DNA of 63,960 nucleotides, the filler included, from Octopus bimaculoides (Eukaryota), in NCBI RefSeq assembly GCF_001194135.2. It is 5 parts of 5 records of this genome, joined end to end, with 100 filler letters (N's around TTAATTAATTAA, not from the genome) between each part and the next. Parts side by side here need not be neighbours in the genome. Positions count along the whole stretch, not along the records: positions 28,495 to 47,509 come from NC_068985.1; positions 47,610 to 55,473 come from NC_068989.1; 3 more parts are not named here. One strand, given 5' to 3'. Position numbers and translations under genes: made by a program. The notes under the pieces are model-generated. The model was not told the DNA's origin, did not search any database, and was given only the letters and a program-made list of their open reading frames with translations. Positions 40,653 through 53,228 of the stretch are shown here, in pieces. How positions within the stretch are numbered: the first letter of the stretch is position 1; each line of letters begins with the position of its first letter.

Positions 40653-43395
40653 TAATGAATATATGTCTTCCAGTGAGGAAAGTTCAGATGATATAATTTT
40701 ATGCATGTCTAAATCACATATAAAATCAGTTAGTATTATCTACCCTCCAATATTTTTCCATAACTTCCTAGTCATTATGAGAATGCAAAAATTCACTACA
40801 TTTCAGAGTTTCCTAATTTCAAAGTATGATTGTCTTTTCGGTTTTTTTTTTCTAGTAAAAAAAAAACTAAGCAGTCCATATTATATAATATGGAATATCT
40901 ACAAAAGTAAATTAAAAAATCCTATTTTTTTATACATACCTGCAAAAAAATAAGTGAAAGAGAAAAGGGTTATCAAAAAGCAAACCAGGAGTAAATGTGA
41001 ACTGAAGAAAAAAGAAATAATTATTTTGCTAAGTATGGGAGACAACTACAGACTTGTTTCAACCTTATTCTTATCTCTTCACTGAAGCATAGGCCTGGAC
41101 AGAACTTGCTGAAGTAGTAATGAAAAAAGACAGTAAATAAATGTATAAGATTATACATATAAGATCAGAATAAAGCTGGAACATATCCAGAATTATCTGC
41201 TATACTTTACAGAATACTGAAAATAAAGTTAGCCATTGGTTAATATGGTCTTTTGTTGGCAAATTGATAGAGTTGTTAGAGTGTTGGTGAGAATGGTATG
41301 TATTTGTTCTGGCTTTCTGTGCTACGAGTTCAAATCCTGCCAAGGTCAACTTTGCTATTCATTCTTTTGGCTGTTGATAAATAAAGCAGCAGCTTTGTAC
41401 TGGAGCCAATTCTTCTTTTTATTCTCTCTTTCTCTCTTTCTATCGGTTTGTTTGTTTCTTTCCAGAAGAAACCAGCTGTGATAAAATCTGGAGAAGGGTG
41501 TGATCTGTTAAGCTTTAAAATATCCGAAACCCTCTGCATGCCATGATCTTATGACCTCACAACAGTAACAGTGTTTTGTTTTGCTTTTCACTTTGCACCA
41601 CTTATTGCTAGTTATTTATTTTAATGCACCATTTATTACACTAACTAAACAATTATTTCTTGTTGATGGCATCCCTGAATAATTCAATTTGTGAACATAC
41701 AAAGTTTATTCATGTTCTACCCTGCCACTTCTGATATTAAGCACATAGTTATCAGTATAATTGATAGAAACAAAGTAAAAACAAAAAAAATGTTTGTGTG
41801 TATATGTGGGACATTACATTGTTAGTAATTAATGTATCAGAGATTGTGGTGTTGGTAGTAGTGGGGCTCATAGATAATTAGTTTAGTTTTTTTTCTTTTT
41901 TTCATTAATAGTCATATGTTGACTAAACTATTACTTTGACAATAACCTAGATTAGAAAAAGGCACAAATAAAATAAACAGGTTTTCACATATAAATCATG
42001 CCAGATTGAAACCCACACTAACAAAAACTAAAGTAAAGAAAACAAAGATAAGGATAATTAAACACTCAAACACACCTGCATGCACACACATAAGGGATTT
42101 TTATTCAGCTAGGTGGTTAATTGCAATACCAGTGATCTTTCAATCACTGTCTTCCTCTGCTGTAGTCATGGATTGTTGTCTTGGCTTCAGGTGGACAGTG
42201 TGCACATGCTACTGACGAAGCCCAAAAGGGTTGAAATGCACATCTAACATTTCCACCACCACCATTGGATGATAAGTTTTGTCTGCTGCTGATATACTTG
42301 TGTTTTTAAACACAGTATGTTCCTAAGGGCTATGGTCTCTGCATAAATACCACAATAAATTCACTTTTTCTTGATGTATTTGTATTATGACACAAAGTCT
42401 TGTGAAAGGATTTGAAAGATGGAAACTGAAAGAAGCCCATCATATATGTATTCAAATATATGTATATAAGGGGGTGTTGAAAAGTATATGCAACAGTCTT
42501 CTTTCAGTTTACATCTAACAAATTCACTCACAAAACTATAGTAGAAGACATTTGCCCAAGGTGTCATGCAGTGCGGCTGAACCCAGAATCATGTGATTGG
42601 AAAGCAAACTTCTTACCATACAGCTAAGTCTGCACCTAAATTAGCATTTTCATGCCAGGAATTGAAACCAGGTCACCTGGATGAAAGCCAGGACTCCTAA
42701 CCACTATATTTATGATTGTCAAAAAAGCACTTAGTCATTTGTCTTGAGTATACGAAAAAGAGTGAAGGCATGTGTTAGTCTGTATGTTTCGTTCTTGGAC
42801 TGGGCAATGTGTTGTATCCTTGAGCATGACATTTCATTTCATATTCTTCCTGTCCATTCAACTGAAAGTGAGTACCAATGAGGGTTGGAAGAGAGGCTAC
42901 TAACACTGTGATGGACTGGTATTCTGTCCAGAGAGATAAGTTTGGCTTCATGAGCATGTAGGCTTGTAGCAATCTTTCATTTATATTCAGGAGAGTAATG
43001 TAAAAAGGGAACACACTAACTTACCTACCCACTCACTTGTTTTGTCTTACCACATTCTAATGCTCTATACATTATATATGTTAACATTACGTAGCATATT
43101 GCACATTTAGTGAAGTTGATGATGGCATGTCTAACACAAGCAAAATTAAAAAGCTAATTAGAAATAGTTGTGCAGTGATGATGATGGTGGTGGTAGTGGT
43201 GTTGGCTTATGGCAGCAGTGAAAAGGGTATGCAAAGGTCAACTTCAGTTGGGTTTGAACTTTGAGCACAGGAGCCAATACTGTTAGGGCTTCTACTTAAC
43301 ACTCTAATACTTTGTGAATTCACTATCTTACTACTACTACTACTAATTGTTCAGTATTAATTATACCTACACTATTTGTCTATCTATTTCTGTAG

Positions 43396-43533
43396 AAACA
43401 CCACAGCTGAAGATGTTCAGAATATCTGTTCCTCTGCTCTCATCAGCTTTAGTATTCCTGAAAGACATGGACAGTGTATGAAACTGCTTCGCCAGCTTTT
43501 TCTGGTTCTGCAAAACTACAATGGCAAACTATG
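43396..43533 (+). CDS. AP5Z1: AP-5 complex subunit zeta-1, coding exon 2: (R)NTTAEDVQNICSSALISFSIPERHGQCMKLLRQLFLVLQNYNGKL(W/C)
   Basis: Acceptor tatctatttctgtag, donor TG|gtaagt, 138 nt, open frame, phase 2-2. Gap-free register with recalled human EIQDEELKKFCS...LQRLFLII (CS and L-x-x-LFL aligned). Confidence 0.78.
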
Positions 43534-44169
43534 GTAAGTTGTGTTTTTTCATTCATTCAATCTACTGTAGCCTTTTGATGTTATTGTTGTTTAGTCCCAT
43601 GGATAATTCCAATTGAGCAGACCTAGACAACATTGCCAGGCACCAATGAGTTAGGCTTTAAGTGGTATTACTTGCCCTGCTAAATATAGCAATACAAAAT
43701 ATACCTCAAATTACACATTACTGCTTTTGCAATGAGAACAGATAATATTCCTAGATACACTATGACTGAAAACTGAAATTGAGAGGGCTAATATGTCAGA
43801 ACATTCTCTGAAGCTAAATGCCAACTACTACATATACTCTATATTTTATAGTTGATTTTATGCATACATATGTGTGTGTGTGTATATATATATAGATATA
43901 TATGCAGCTGAGGAGTACATTTTCATTGCACATCTTATGTGGTGTTCTCACTACATAAATAAATGAAGTTTGTACGAAACGTACATACTACTATAACCTA
44001 TTGAATTTTTGTTGCTTTTCTTCAAATTTATTTCACCAAATCTCTTGATTTTGTTTTTGGTTTTTACCCTACCAAATTCTGGTGCCTCAAACATTTTAAG
44101 TAACACATTCAATCTTTTTATTAAATCTATATTATTATTAGATATATATATAAACTCGACTCTGTTGGT

Positions 44170-44488
44170 CACAAATGACCATAGGTGCACCTAAGTGGTT
44201 CCCCTTCGGGGTACAAGTCTAGGCGAACGCACAAACTAGGATTGTTTTTATGTAAGACCAGCAGTCACCCATGCATACCAGCCTCCCCTCTCCACACCAC
44301 CAATGTTATCCAAGAGAAAGGCAAAGGCTGATACAGCTTGGCACCAGCAACGTTGCAACTCATTTCTACAGCTGAGCAACGTGAAATAAAGTGTCTTCCT
44401 CAAGCACAGCTCAGTCCAGGAATCAAGCACACTACCTCACTAGCATAAGCTCAACACTCTAACCACTGAACCATGTGCCTTCACTATA

Positions 44489-44490
<2 letters not shown>
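44170..44490 (-). mobile_element. SINE family C (tRNA head gtgaaggcacatggttcagtggttagag)
   Basis: Related copies at 17170, 34965-35140 and 47240-47500. Confidence 0.85.
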
Positions 44491-44532
<42 letters not shown>

Positions 44533-46079
44533 AGTCAGTAAATAGTGGGGTTGTGTTAACCACACGTGGAGAAATAATAGGAAAATGAAAAATAATAATA
44601 AGGCAGAATGCTAAACTGGAAGCATATTTTAATAAAGATTTCTCTAACCGGCTTTCATTGCGAAGCAAATTTTCAAGAAGAGGGAGAATGAAAGTGTTTT
44701 TTNNNNNNNNNNNNNNNNNNNNNNNNNNNNNNNNNNNNNNNNNNNNNNNNNNNNNNNNNNNNNNNNNNNNNNNNNNNNNNNNNNNNNNNNNNNNNNNNNN
44801 NNNNNNNNNNNNNNNNNNNNNNNNNNNNNNNNNNNNNNNNNNNNNNNNNNNNNNNNNNNNNNNNNNNNNNNNNNNNNNNNNNNNNNNNNNNNNNNNNNNN
44901 NNNNNNNNNNNNNNNNNNNNNNNNNNNNNNNNNNNNNNNNNNNNNNNNNNNNNNNNNNNNNNNNNNNNNNNNNNNNNNNNNNNNNNNNNNNNNNNNNNNN
45001 NNNNNNNNNNNNNNNNNNNNNNNNNNNNNNNNNNNNNNNNNNNNNNNNNNNNNNNNNNNNNNNNNNNNNNNNNNNNNNNNNNNNNNNNNNNNNNNNNNNN
45101 NNNNNNNNNNNNNNNNNNNNNNNNNNNNNNNNNNNNNNNNNNNNNNNNNNNNNNNNNNNNNNNNNNNNNNNNNNNNNNNNNNNNNNNNNNNNNNNNNNNN
45201 NNNNNNNNNNNNNNNNNNNNNNNNNNNNNNNNNNNNNNNNNNNNNNNNNNNNNNNNNNNNNNNNNNNNNNNNNNNNNNNNNNNNNNNNNNNNNNNNNNNN
45301 NNNNNNNNNNNNNNNNNNNNNNNNNNNNNNNNNNNNNNNNNNNNNNNNNNNNNNNNNNNNNNNNNNNNNNNNNNNNNNNNNNNNNNNNNNNNNNNNNNNN
45401 NNNNNNNNNNNNNNNNNNNNNNNNNNNNNNNNNNNNNNNNNNNNNNNNNNNNNNNNNNACAGCTGAGCAACGTGAAATAAAGTGTCTTCCTCAAGCACAG
45501 CTCAGTCCAGGAATCAAGCACACTACCTCACTAGCATAAGCTCAACACTCTAACCACTGAACCATGTGCCTTCACTATATATATATATATATATATACAT
45601 ATAGTATCTTTTGATGTAGTCAACCTCATTTGACTGTGGCCATACTGGAACACCACTGTGATATATATCACGTGACTGACCAGGCTATCAGATGTTGTTA
45701 CACATCGCTGGTCACAAAGCACTTTTACATTGTTTTAGCCTTCAAATGACATCACCCTGCTAAGTCGGTGAGCAGGCCAACAATCCCCACTGGTAGAAGG
45801 GGGACTGAAGCAATGTGAAATGTGAGAGAGGGTGCAATGGGTAAATTGTCGCCATTGTATATTTTTAATGTTGTACATACACATTGTTTGTTTTTGAGTT
45901 TGCTGACTACACAGTATAGTAGGGTCAGTTGGGCACCGTTTGTGAAAAAAACAGCACCATGACACAATTCACTCTGCTAGAAATTTGGAAATAACATGCT
46001 GTACTACTTGGCATTTGCGCCAGAAGCTCCAATACAAACATTTCAGAGTGTTTGGGTGTCAGTCTGAGGATAGTGCATG

Positions 46080-46600
46080 TACCAAGAGTAATAAACATCA
46101 AACATCAAGTTAACATCATGGTGTTTTGAGTGATCACTAGGCCTCAGACTCAACACGGAGGCCTACATCAAGTGCTTGGAGGAGGTAGTGCTGCCCTGGG
46201 TCAAGAGGATGGCTGCTGAAAGACCCTATGTTTTGGCAACAGGACTCTGCACCATGCCACACAAGCAGAAGAACCCAGTCATGGCTGTCAGACAATTTCT
46301 GCAACCACATCACCCTTAACATCTGGCCACCTAACTCTCCAGATTGCAATCCCCTTGATTATTATATGTGGGGCACAGTTGAGTGAGAGACCAACAAAAC
46401 TCCTTGTAACACCAAAGATGAACTGAAGGCAAGAATTATGGCTGCATTCACCAACTTAAACAAGGAAACCATCCAGAAGAGTTGCAGGAGATTCTGAAGT
46501 CATGTGGAGGCCGTGGTTGAAGCCAATGGCGATCTGATTGAATAAATTTACTCTTTTGTGTTTCAAGATATTTTTATGTAATTTTGGTAAATATATATTA
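46080..46600 (+). mobile_element. maT/DD37D (IS630-Tc1-mariner) transposase remnant
   Basis: QQDSAPCHTS...WPPNSPDCNPLDYY with 37 residues between the two Asp. Stops and a frameshift present. Confidence 0.9.
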
Positions 46601-46632
46601 AAATGAGATCATCATCATCATCATCATCATCG

Positions 46633-46790
46633 TTTAACGTCCGCTTTCCATGCTAGCATGGGTTGGACGATTTAACTGAGGACTGGTGAAACCGGATGGC
46701 AACACCAGGCTCCAATCTGATTTGGCAGAGTTTCTACATCTGGATGCCCTTCCTAACGCCAACCGCTCAGAGAGTGTAGTGGGTGCTTTT
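46633..46790 (+). repeat. Interspersed repeat family D (gtttaacgtccgctttccatgctagcatggg...), related copies ~33590, ~37845, ~55900
   Basis: Multi-copy similarity within the window; class not determined. Confidence 0.65.
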
Positions 46791-47609
46791 ATATATATAT
46801 ATATTATATATTCATATATATGTATATATATATATACACACACATGAATAGATCATTATGTGTGTGTGTGTGTGTGTGTGTATACTATAATTAGATCTTA
46901 TGATATAATTTTAATATACATATTGTAATATATATTATAGAATATACTTTTTTCTTTTTCGTTTTTTTTTTTCTGGTTTTTTTTTTTGGTTTTTTTATCG
47001 TTCTTTTCCTACCATATTTCTTCGATTATATCTTAACCATTCTCTTACACTTTCCAATGAAAGACTAGCCCCTGAAATGTAAAGATACTTCTTCTTTCTT
47101 TTAAACATTAAACTCGTACAACATTTGTTAAAATTATTCTCTCTCATGTTGTCTTCTCTTTTTGCTCATTGCTTTGAATATATATATATATATATCATTG
47201 ACTCTCCCATTATTAGACTATGTATGATCGTTTGGCAATTTCTTGTCGAACCACCACACGGATGATTTGTTTATAGTGATCAAATGTTTGTGTTCACAGA
47301 AGCTCACTCCCTCCATCAAATTAACATTACTTGTACAGGTGCACTGTATGCCACATGTCAGATGACAAAATGATCGCAAAGCAACATAAAATGAAGTACT
47401 TTGCTCAAGAACACAATGCAATGCCTGGTCTGGGAATTGAACCCACGATCTTGCAATTCTGAGTGCAACATCCTAACCACTAAGCCATGTGCCTTATATA
47501 TATATATATNNNNNNNNNNNNNNNNNNNNNNNNNNNNNNNNNNNNNNNNNNNNTTAATTAATTAANNNNNNNNNNNNNNNNNNNNNNNNNNNNNNNNNNN
47601 NNNNNNNNN

Positions 47610-47649
<40 letters not shown>

Positions 47650-48860
47650 TCAGTGTGCGTGTGAGTGAAGCTCTGTATCACTGGAGACCAATATTATAAT
47701 AGTAATACCTGTTAAAACTGTTTCTCTTCAAATAGCTCTGGGTCGGCTAAAGACAAAGCTTCGCGAGTGCTTTGGCAAATGGATATCGTGTGTATGCATG
47801 TATGTATGTGCGAATGTGTGTTCATATGGATATAGTATTATTGTCTCCATGTTTTGATATTCTTTGATAGATCTAAGTGTTTTTTGTACCTCCTATAAGA
47901 ACGTGCTTGTCCACATTCAAATGTTTCTATACTTGGAAACAGATGACGTTTGGTGATATGCCGGGTATATGTTTGTAAAACAAATAATAACCGCCTTATC
48001 GTATCTCGTACAGCCCATACTAACATGGAACTGTGGAGGATTAAACGATGACGGTGATGACATTGATGATGATAGTGATGACAATTATGACGTACACCTA
48101 TGTATCATGTTTGTATATAGGTATAACACATTTAGAGAAACAATGAATACCTTAATAACATACGAGGGTTGCACCGCAAGTAATTTAGACACGATGAAAC
48201 ATTATCTATATATATACATACATAATTTATTATGTCGTTACTTCCCTCATTACAGATGTACTAACACACATACAAGGAAACATCCTATGAAGCCGGTCAA
48301 TAAACCACAATTTACTTAATGGTTCTAAGTCTAGGTTATAGAAAAAAATTACAATGAATCTAATATCATAAAGCAGGCGATGGCATTATTGTTTTGTTTG
48401 TTATGAAAGCAGTACTTTCAGTTTTAAGGCATATAATATTATTGAATCTATGGTTCCAGGAAGCATTCACTATATTTCAATAAATAGTTAATCAACAGCA
48501 TTAAATGGAGTGTTTCCCATAAGAATTATATATTGAACATTTATGCAGAGTCGTGCTCTAAATTCGAAATAAAAATAAGTACGAATTAGCTGGAAATGAC
48601 AGAAATATTTTCTTTGTTTTCGATAATTCATTTTCTTTATTATCAGACATGACAGTTTTTAGCTGCTCCAAGTAGAAGCAAGCAGCCAGATGCGCATCTA
48701 TTTCATTGGCTTATTAAACAATGCTTGGAGAACTTGTCCGTTGTCAAAATCTGCTTCGCATTGTTCTTTGTAATAGTACGCCAACGAAATCTCTAACAAC
48801 CTATACAAGAACTTCTATGTTCAGAAGATGAAACTAATATTTTAGATAAAAGTTAAATAT

Positions 48861-49127
48861 GCCCACGGGCATATGGCGTAGTGGTTAAGAGCGCGGGCTA
48901 CTAACCCCAAGGTTCCGAGTTCGATTCACGGCAGCGACCTGATTAATAATAATAATAATAATAATAATATAATAATAATATAATAATAATAGTAACATCG
49001 ATAGGAATGAGAACCCAGGTTCGAAATTTCCCCAAGACACCTGACGAAGGCTGGAGGGTATATCAGCCGAAACGTTGTGTTAACAACAAACAAGATGAGG
49101 ACGAATATCCGTCAAATGTAGATAATG
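48861..49127 (+). mobile_element. tRNA-headed, hammerhead-bearing short retroelement with 14-bp TSD
   Basis: TAAAAGTTAAATAT at 48847-48860 and 49128-49141. 5' gccc-ac-gggc hairpin, A box TGGCGTAGTGG, B box GAGTTCGATTC, (AAT)n, HHR module. Confidence 0.9.
49036..49081 (+). ncRNA. Minimal type I hammerhead ribozyme motif (copy 2)
   Basis: GACAC-CTGACGA-a-GGCTG[gagggtatat]CAGCC-GAAAC-GTT-GTGTT: intact stems I and II, palindromic ACGT stem III, predicted cleavage after GUU at 49076. Confidence 0.65.
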
Positions 49128-49629
49128 TAAAAGTTAAATATTTAAGAGCTTATAAAATTAAAGATTCACCTTTATCTCCAGCGCTGATGCTTGTGCAACC
49201 AAGGGTTATACTATTCTTACAATTCTAACCGGGAGTAAAAGCAGGACAAGAAATAGGATTTTGATATAGTTCCCGAGAATTGGAGCGGCGTATGCAAAGA
49301 GAATTACTTGTAAATTAAATCGGAGATTTTGCTAAAAGCAAAGATTTGAAAATGAGGAAAGAGAATTCAAATATACTTGACTTGAAACGTGATAAGGAAA
49401 AAGTATACGATACATTTGTTTGCTAGCAAGACTCTCAAACTTTAAGCTTTTAGACTTATAGAAAAAAAGGTTAAATACGAAGATTACAATTGAAGGCTCA
49501 TGCCTAAACACGTAATAGGCGTTTGATAATGTACAAATAAACTATAACATATTTCTGATTCACCTTTAAAATAGCCACGTGCACAAAACTGTACACAAAA
49601 AGAAATGTTGGAATCTTATTCATGAATTA

Positions 49630-50320
49630 ATGGTGATTCCTTGCTACTGTTTCATGTTTTGGAGTAAGAATTTCCCTTTCACACAACAATTCATGTGAAT
49701 TATAGTTATTACTTAAGTCTTGAAATACCCTGTTCTTCAATTCAGCTGGGGAATTCATCTGAGTCAAACTGGCATTACCATTCTCATCAAATAGTACTTT
49801 CCCTTTTCCTAACTGGAGGAGCCAGGTTGAAAACTGTTTTTGCACATTGGTCTCCATGTAATGAAGCTAGCATGTTAGTATTGAAGTAGAATTTCAGTAC
49901 TTTATTCCATAGGTGTGAAGACTTAATGCATGCTTTTATTTCATTAGATCTTGCTCGTCTCAGAATGACTGGTAATATCTGTCTGAAGTCTCCTGATAAA
50001 ACTAATGTAACTCCAGCTATAGATTTATTGTTGCCTCTGATGTCCTGTAAGATCTTACCAAGAGCTTCCATTACACCTCTATGTGACATGGTGCATTCAT
50101 CCCCAAATATAAAGTGACATTGGCACAACCCTTCTGCTGAACCTCAATCTTTGCTTATGTCACAAATTGGACTGTCACTTGTGACCACGTTTAGTGGTAC
50201 TTTTAAATCAGAATGATTTGTTCGCCCTCCTGGGAGATTTGTAGCAGAAAAGCCAGACAATGGTACGTCAACTTCAATTCTTTTTTGTTGCCTTACTTTG
50301 GAGAGAAGCAATGTTACTCA
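49630..50320 (-). mobile_element. Helitron PIF1-helicase pseudogene fragment
   Basis: LPGGRTNHS, IFGDECTMSH, LVLSGDFRQILPVI, IKACIKSSHLW and LLQLGKG motifs, with stops and frameshifts. Confidence 0.9.
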
Positions 50321-50488
50321 CGTTTTACCGTGCCACCAGGAGCATGAAGAAAGAAAGTTCCTCTGCATTTCTCTGACGATTGTGGAACGCAGCACCCCCC
50401 ACCCACGCGTACATATACATACAGTATAAAAATCAGATGAAATGGATGTGTGTATGTATGTGAGTGTGTGTGTGTGTGTGTGTGAGAA

Positions 50489-50567
<79 letters not shown>

Positions 50568-50647
50568 CGATTGAAGGGTTGTGTTGTCATGTACATACGT
50601 ACATACATAAACAAATAGGCATGCATCTTTCTTGTATTTATGAGTGC

Positions 50648-50689
<42 letters not shown>

Positions 50690-51219
50690 CACTTAGACGT
50701 CACTCTCTCTCTCTCTCTCACACACACACATACATGCAAAAAAGATGTATGCATATGTATTTATGTATGTACGTATACATGAAAACACATCCTTTCACTC
50801 ACACCCACAGACACGCGCACATACATAGATGTATACATTTCAGAGGTGTCTCAGCTAATGGTGTTGAGTGCGTTTCTTCTTACTCCTTTTTTCTTTTGTA
50901 CCTCGTTACTTTCGATGCAGCGTCAACGAATGCCTGCGGGTGACTGACCATCCTGCTAAAACTCCCTTTAAATACTCGCCGGTAGGCTCCAGCAGTCAGC
51001 ACCGGCTAACTGTCACGTGACACTGTCTAAGATTGAACTGACTACTGGAGGGGAAGGGCGCGTAGTTTTAGACCGCTGCCTCTCTAAACCTGCCTTCCAA
51101 CAGTGTCGTGTTAGTTTCAGTTCCAGCAGCCAGAACCGATCAGTTGTTTGGTGGTACAAGCTTCGAACCAAGAGTAGGGCGCGCTATGAATGAGATCGCT
51201 ACCTTGGCCTACCTGTCAA

Positions 51220-52310
51220 TCAGCGATGCTGCTTAAGTGTCAGCCAGCCTCGCTTCAGCCATGTATAAAATCTGGCTTTTTCGATTGCCTCATGTATCCT
51301 CCTTATTACTTTTCTCAGCCCTGAGCTTGAAAATGCAAAGCTTCTGTTAAATAACGTCTTCATTTTCCTTTCAATGAAGCCTCTAGCCCACACTGCCAGT
51401 CCATCCATGCTCTCCGCACTTTTCGATTAATCACTCATACCTTTTCCCCTTTCGTTGCTCTGCATTAACGATATACTATTCTCATGACATGTCAGCTCTA
51501 GCAAAATTCCATTTTTTCGGTCTGTATTCCATAAGATTAAGTCCGGTCTTTTTGTTGTTTTTATGAGTGGAAATATTAACAGTCTTTCCAAATCTGCGGC
51601 CAGCTCCCAGTATCCTTTCCATCTTTTGTCTGTCTCGTATATCTTATTTGAATGTCTGGCCTTATGACCTTTTCCCTCCTTCTGGAAGTATATTTTTTCG
51701 TGCTTTTCCACTTTTGGGTATTCTCCCCTATTATATCTCGCTCTTCTCCTTTAGTACCGCGCTTATGACAACGAGGACTTGATTGTGACGCCATGTATAT
51801 TTCTCTAGTGCTAGCCTGCAGTTTCACAGAACATGTCTCACCGTCGCTTCCTCTCCACATCTACATTCATCAGTTGTTTGTATATTCGACCGGACTAAGT
51901 GATCAGGAAGGATGTTTTTGCATGTTCCCAACTCAAAGTTCCTTCCAGGAGATTCTGCGACTGACTACATTGCACCAAATGTACATTTCGCTTTTCTTCT
52001 TCCTCCTTTCTCACTTCGTGTACCACAGCCTCTTTCATCAATTTTACGCTGCTCATGAAAAATGGCTTAAAATTGTGCAACCCTAGACCGACTCTTGCTT
52101 CTTGTGTTGCTCCGACTATATCGGTATGCCTTAGCTTTCCAATCGCCCCGTTTACTGTCTCTTCCGTTTACCGTTTCCTCTCTGTTCGTACCTTTGGCAG
52201 GTTTTCTCGGATGTTCTGATCTTTCGACTAACTTAGCATCATTGCAGTCCTTGCCTTTCCTGCCTTATATTCTTCGGCGATTGATGTTATCGGTTGTTGC
52301 AGCACGGGTA
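51220..52310 (-). mobile_element. Hero-like (RLE) non-LTR retrotransposon 3' fragment
   Basis: SIAEEYKAGKARTAMML, KVRTERK, LRHTDIVG, YTWRHNQVL, TTKRPDLILW...LLELT, ARGF and AIEKARFYTWLKRG motifs in order. Stops and frameshifts present. Confidence 0.85.
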
Positions 52311-52424
52311 TATAAATTATTGCATTTATGAAATGATATGAAAATGTAAATGTAGTTTATAACAATTTTGGGTTTTCAAGCCATTATATGACTTGTAATT
52401 ATTTGTAAATGGAGGAATTGTCTA

Positions 52425-53146
52425 TGGTTTAAAATCATTCTGTGGAATATGGAATCTATTAGGAAGATTATAACCATTCTTTAAGTGGTAACCATTTTTT
52501 AAAGGTGAATTATTATGGTTCGTTCCATTTGCTAGCACTGGATTTTGGTATTTTTCAGTTGCTGCCTTATTCTTCAGCATGACGTGAACTCGATTCAGCT
52601 GCTTATTTAGCCTTAGATTATGGTCGTCCATATCTTCCTTTTTAGCTTCAACCAATTCTTTCTCCATTTCAATGTCTTCACCATATGATAAGCTACTACA
52701 GCATTCTGTTCCATTTTCTCGAATTTCGGGCGATATAGATTTCAGCTTTCAGACTACAAATCTCGAATAATCTTCTGGAGATCTTGTGCTTATTGCAAAG
52801 CTACCTTTTCTATTGGAGATGGTGTACGGTTTTCTTTATTATGAACACTGACTGCTACCATCAAATTATCAGTTTGTAAAGATTTTGAACACATTTGTGT
52901 TCAAGATTTTGAACACATTTGGTTGGATGTTTCATTTCACAAAGCCTGACTGGAGCACTGGAAGCACTCTGATGCATGACTTGTGGTAAGCCGAGAAAGC
53001 TGTTCTTTGTACATTGTTCATCTCCGAGTTGGTGCAATGGACATTGTGTCACTGCTACCTGCAATACTGCTGTTGCAATTATCTACAGGTAGCTACTTTA
53101 CTCGATGTTTGTACCTGTGTTGTTTAATCAAGTTGTTTCTCACAGT
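52425..53146 (-). pseudogene. Inverted partial copy of the dystrophin-family pseudogene 3' region (post-ZZ, coiled coils, stop)
   Basis: Reverse complement aligns with 54274-54924 (~88-97% by eye, with indels) and encodes DDHNLRLNKQLNRVHVML. Contains internal stops. Confidence 0.93.
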
Positions 53147-53228
53147 GTTATTAATTTAACACGACTGTAGTGTGACTTTGGGCGATTTAAAAAGATAAGA
53201 AAAGCTGGACACTCTTTAACTTATTACC

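Noticed and set aside
44368-45600. Identical ~120-bp duplication either side of a gap (44368-44487 and 45459-45578)
   Set aside because: Exact identity at a contig end next to (TA)n suggests assembly overlap rather than a real duplication.
52422-52667. 81-aa - strand ORF MEKELVEAKK... as a novel small protein
   Set aside because: It is the second coiled coil and tail of the inverted pseudogene arm; upstream frame has stops and there is no independent promoter evidence.
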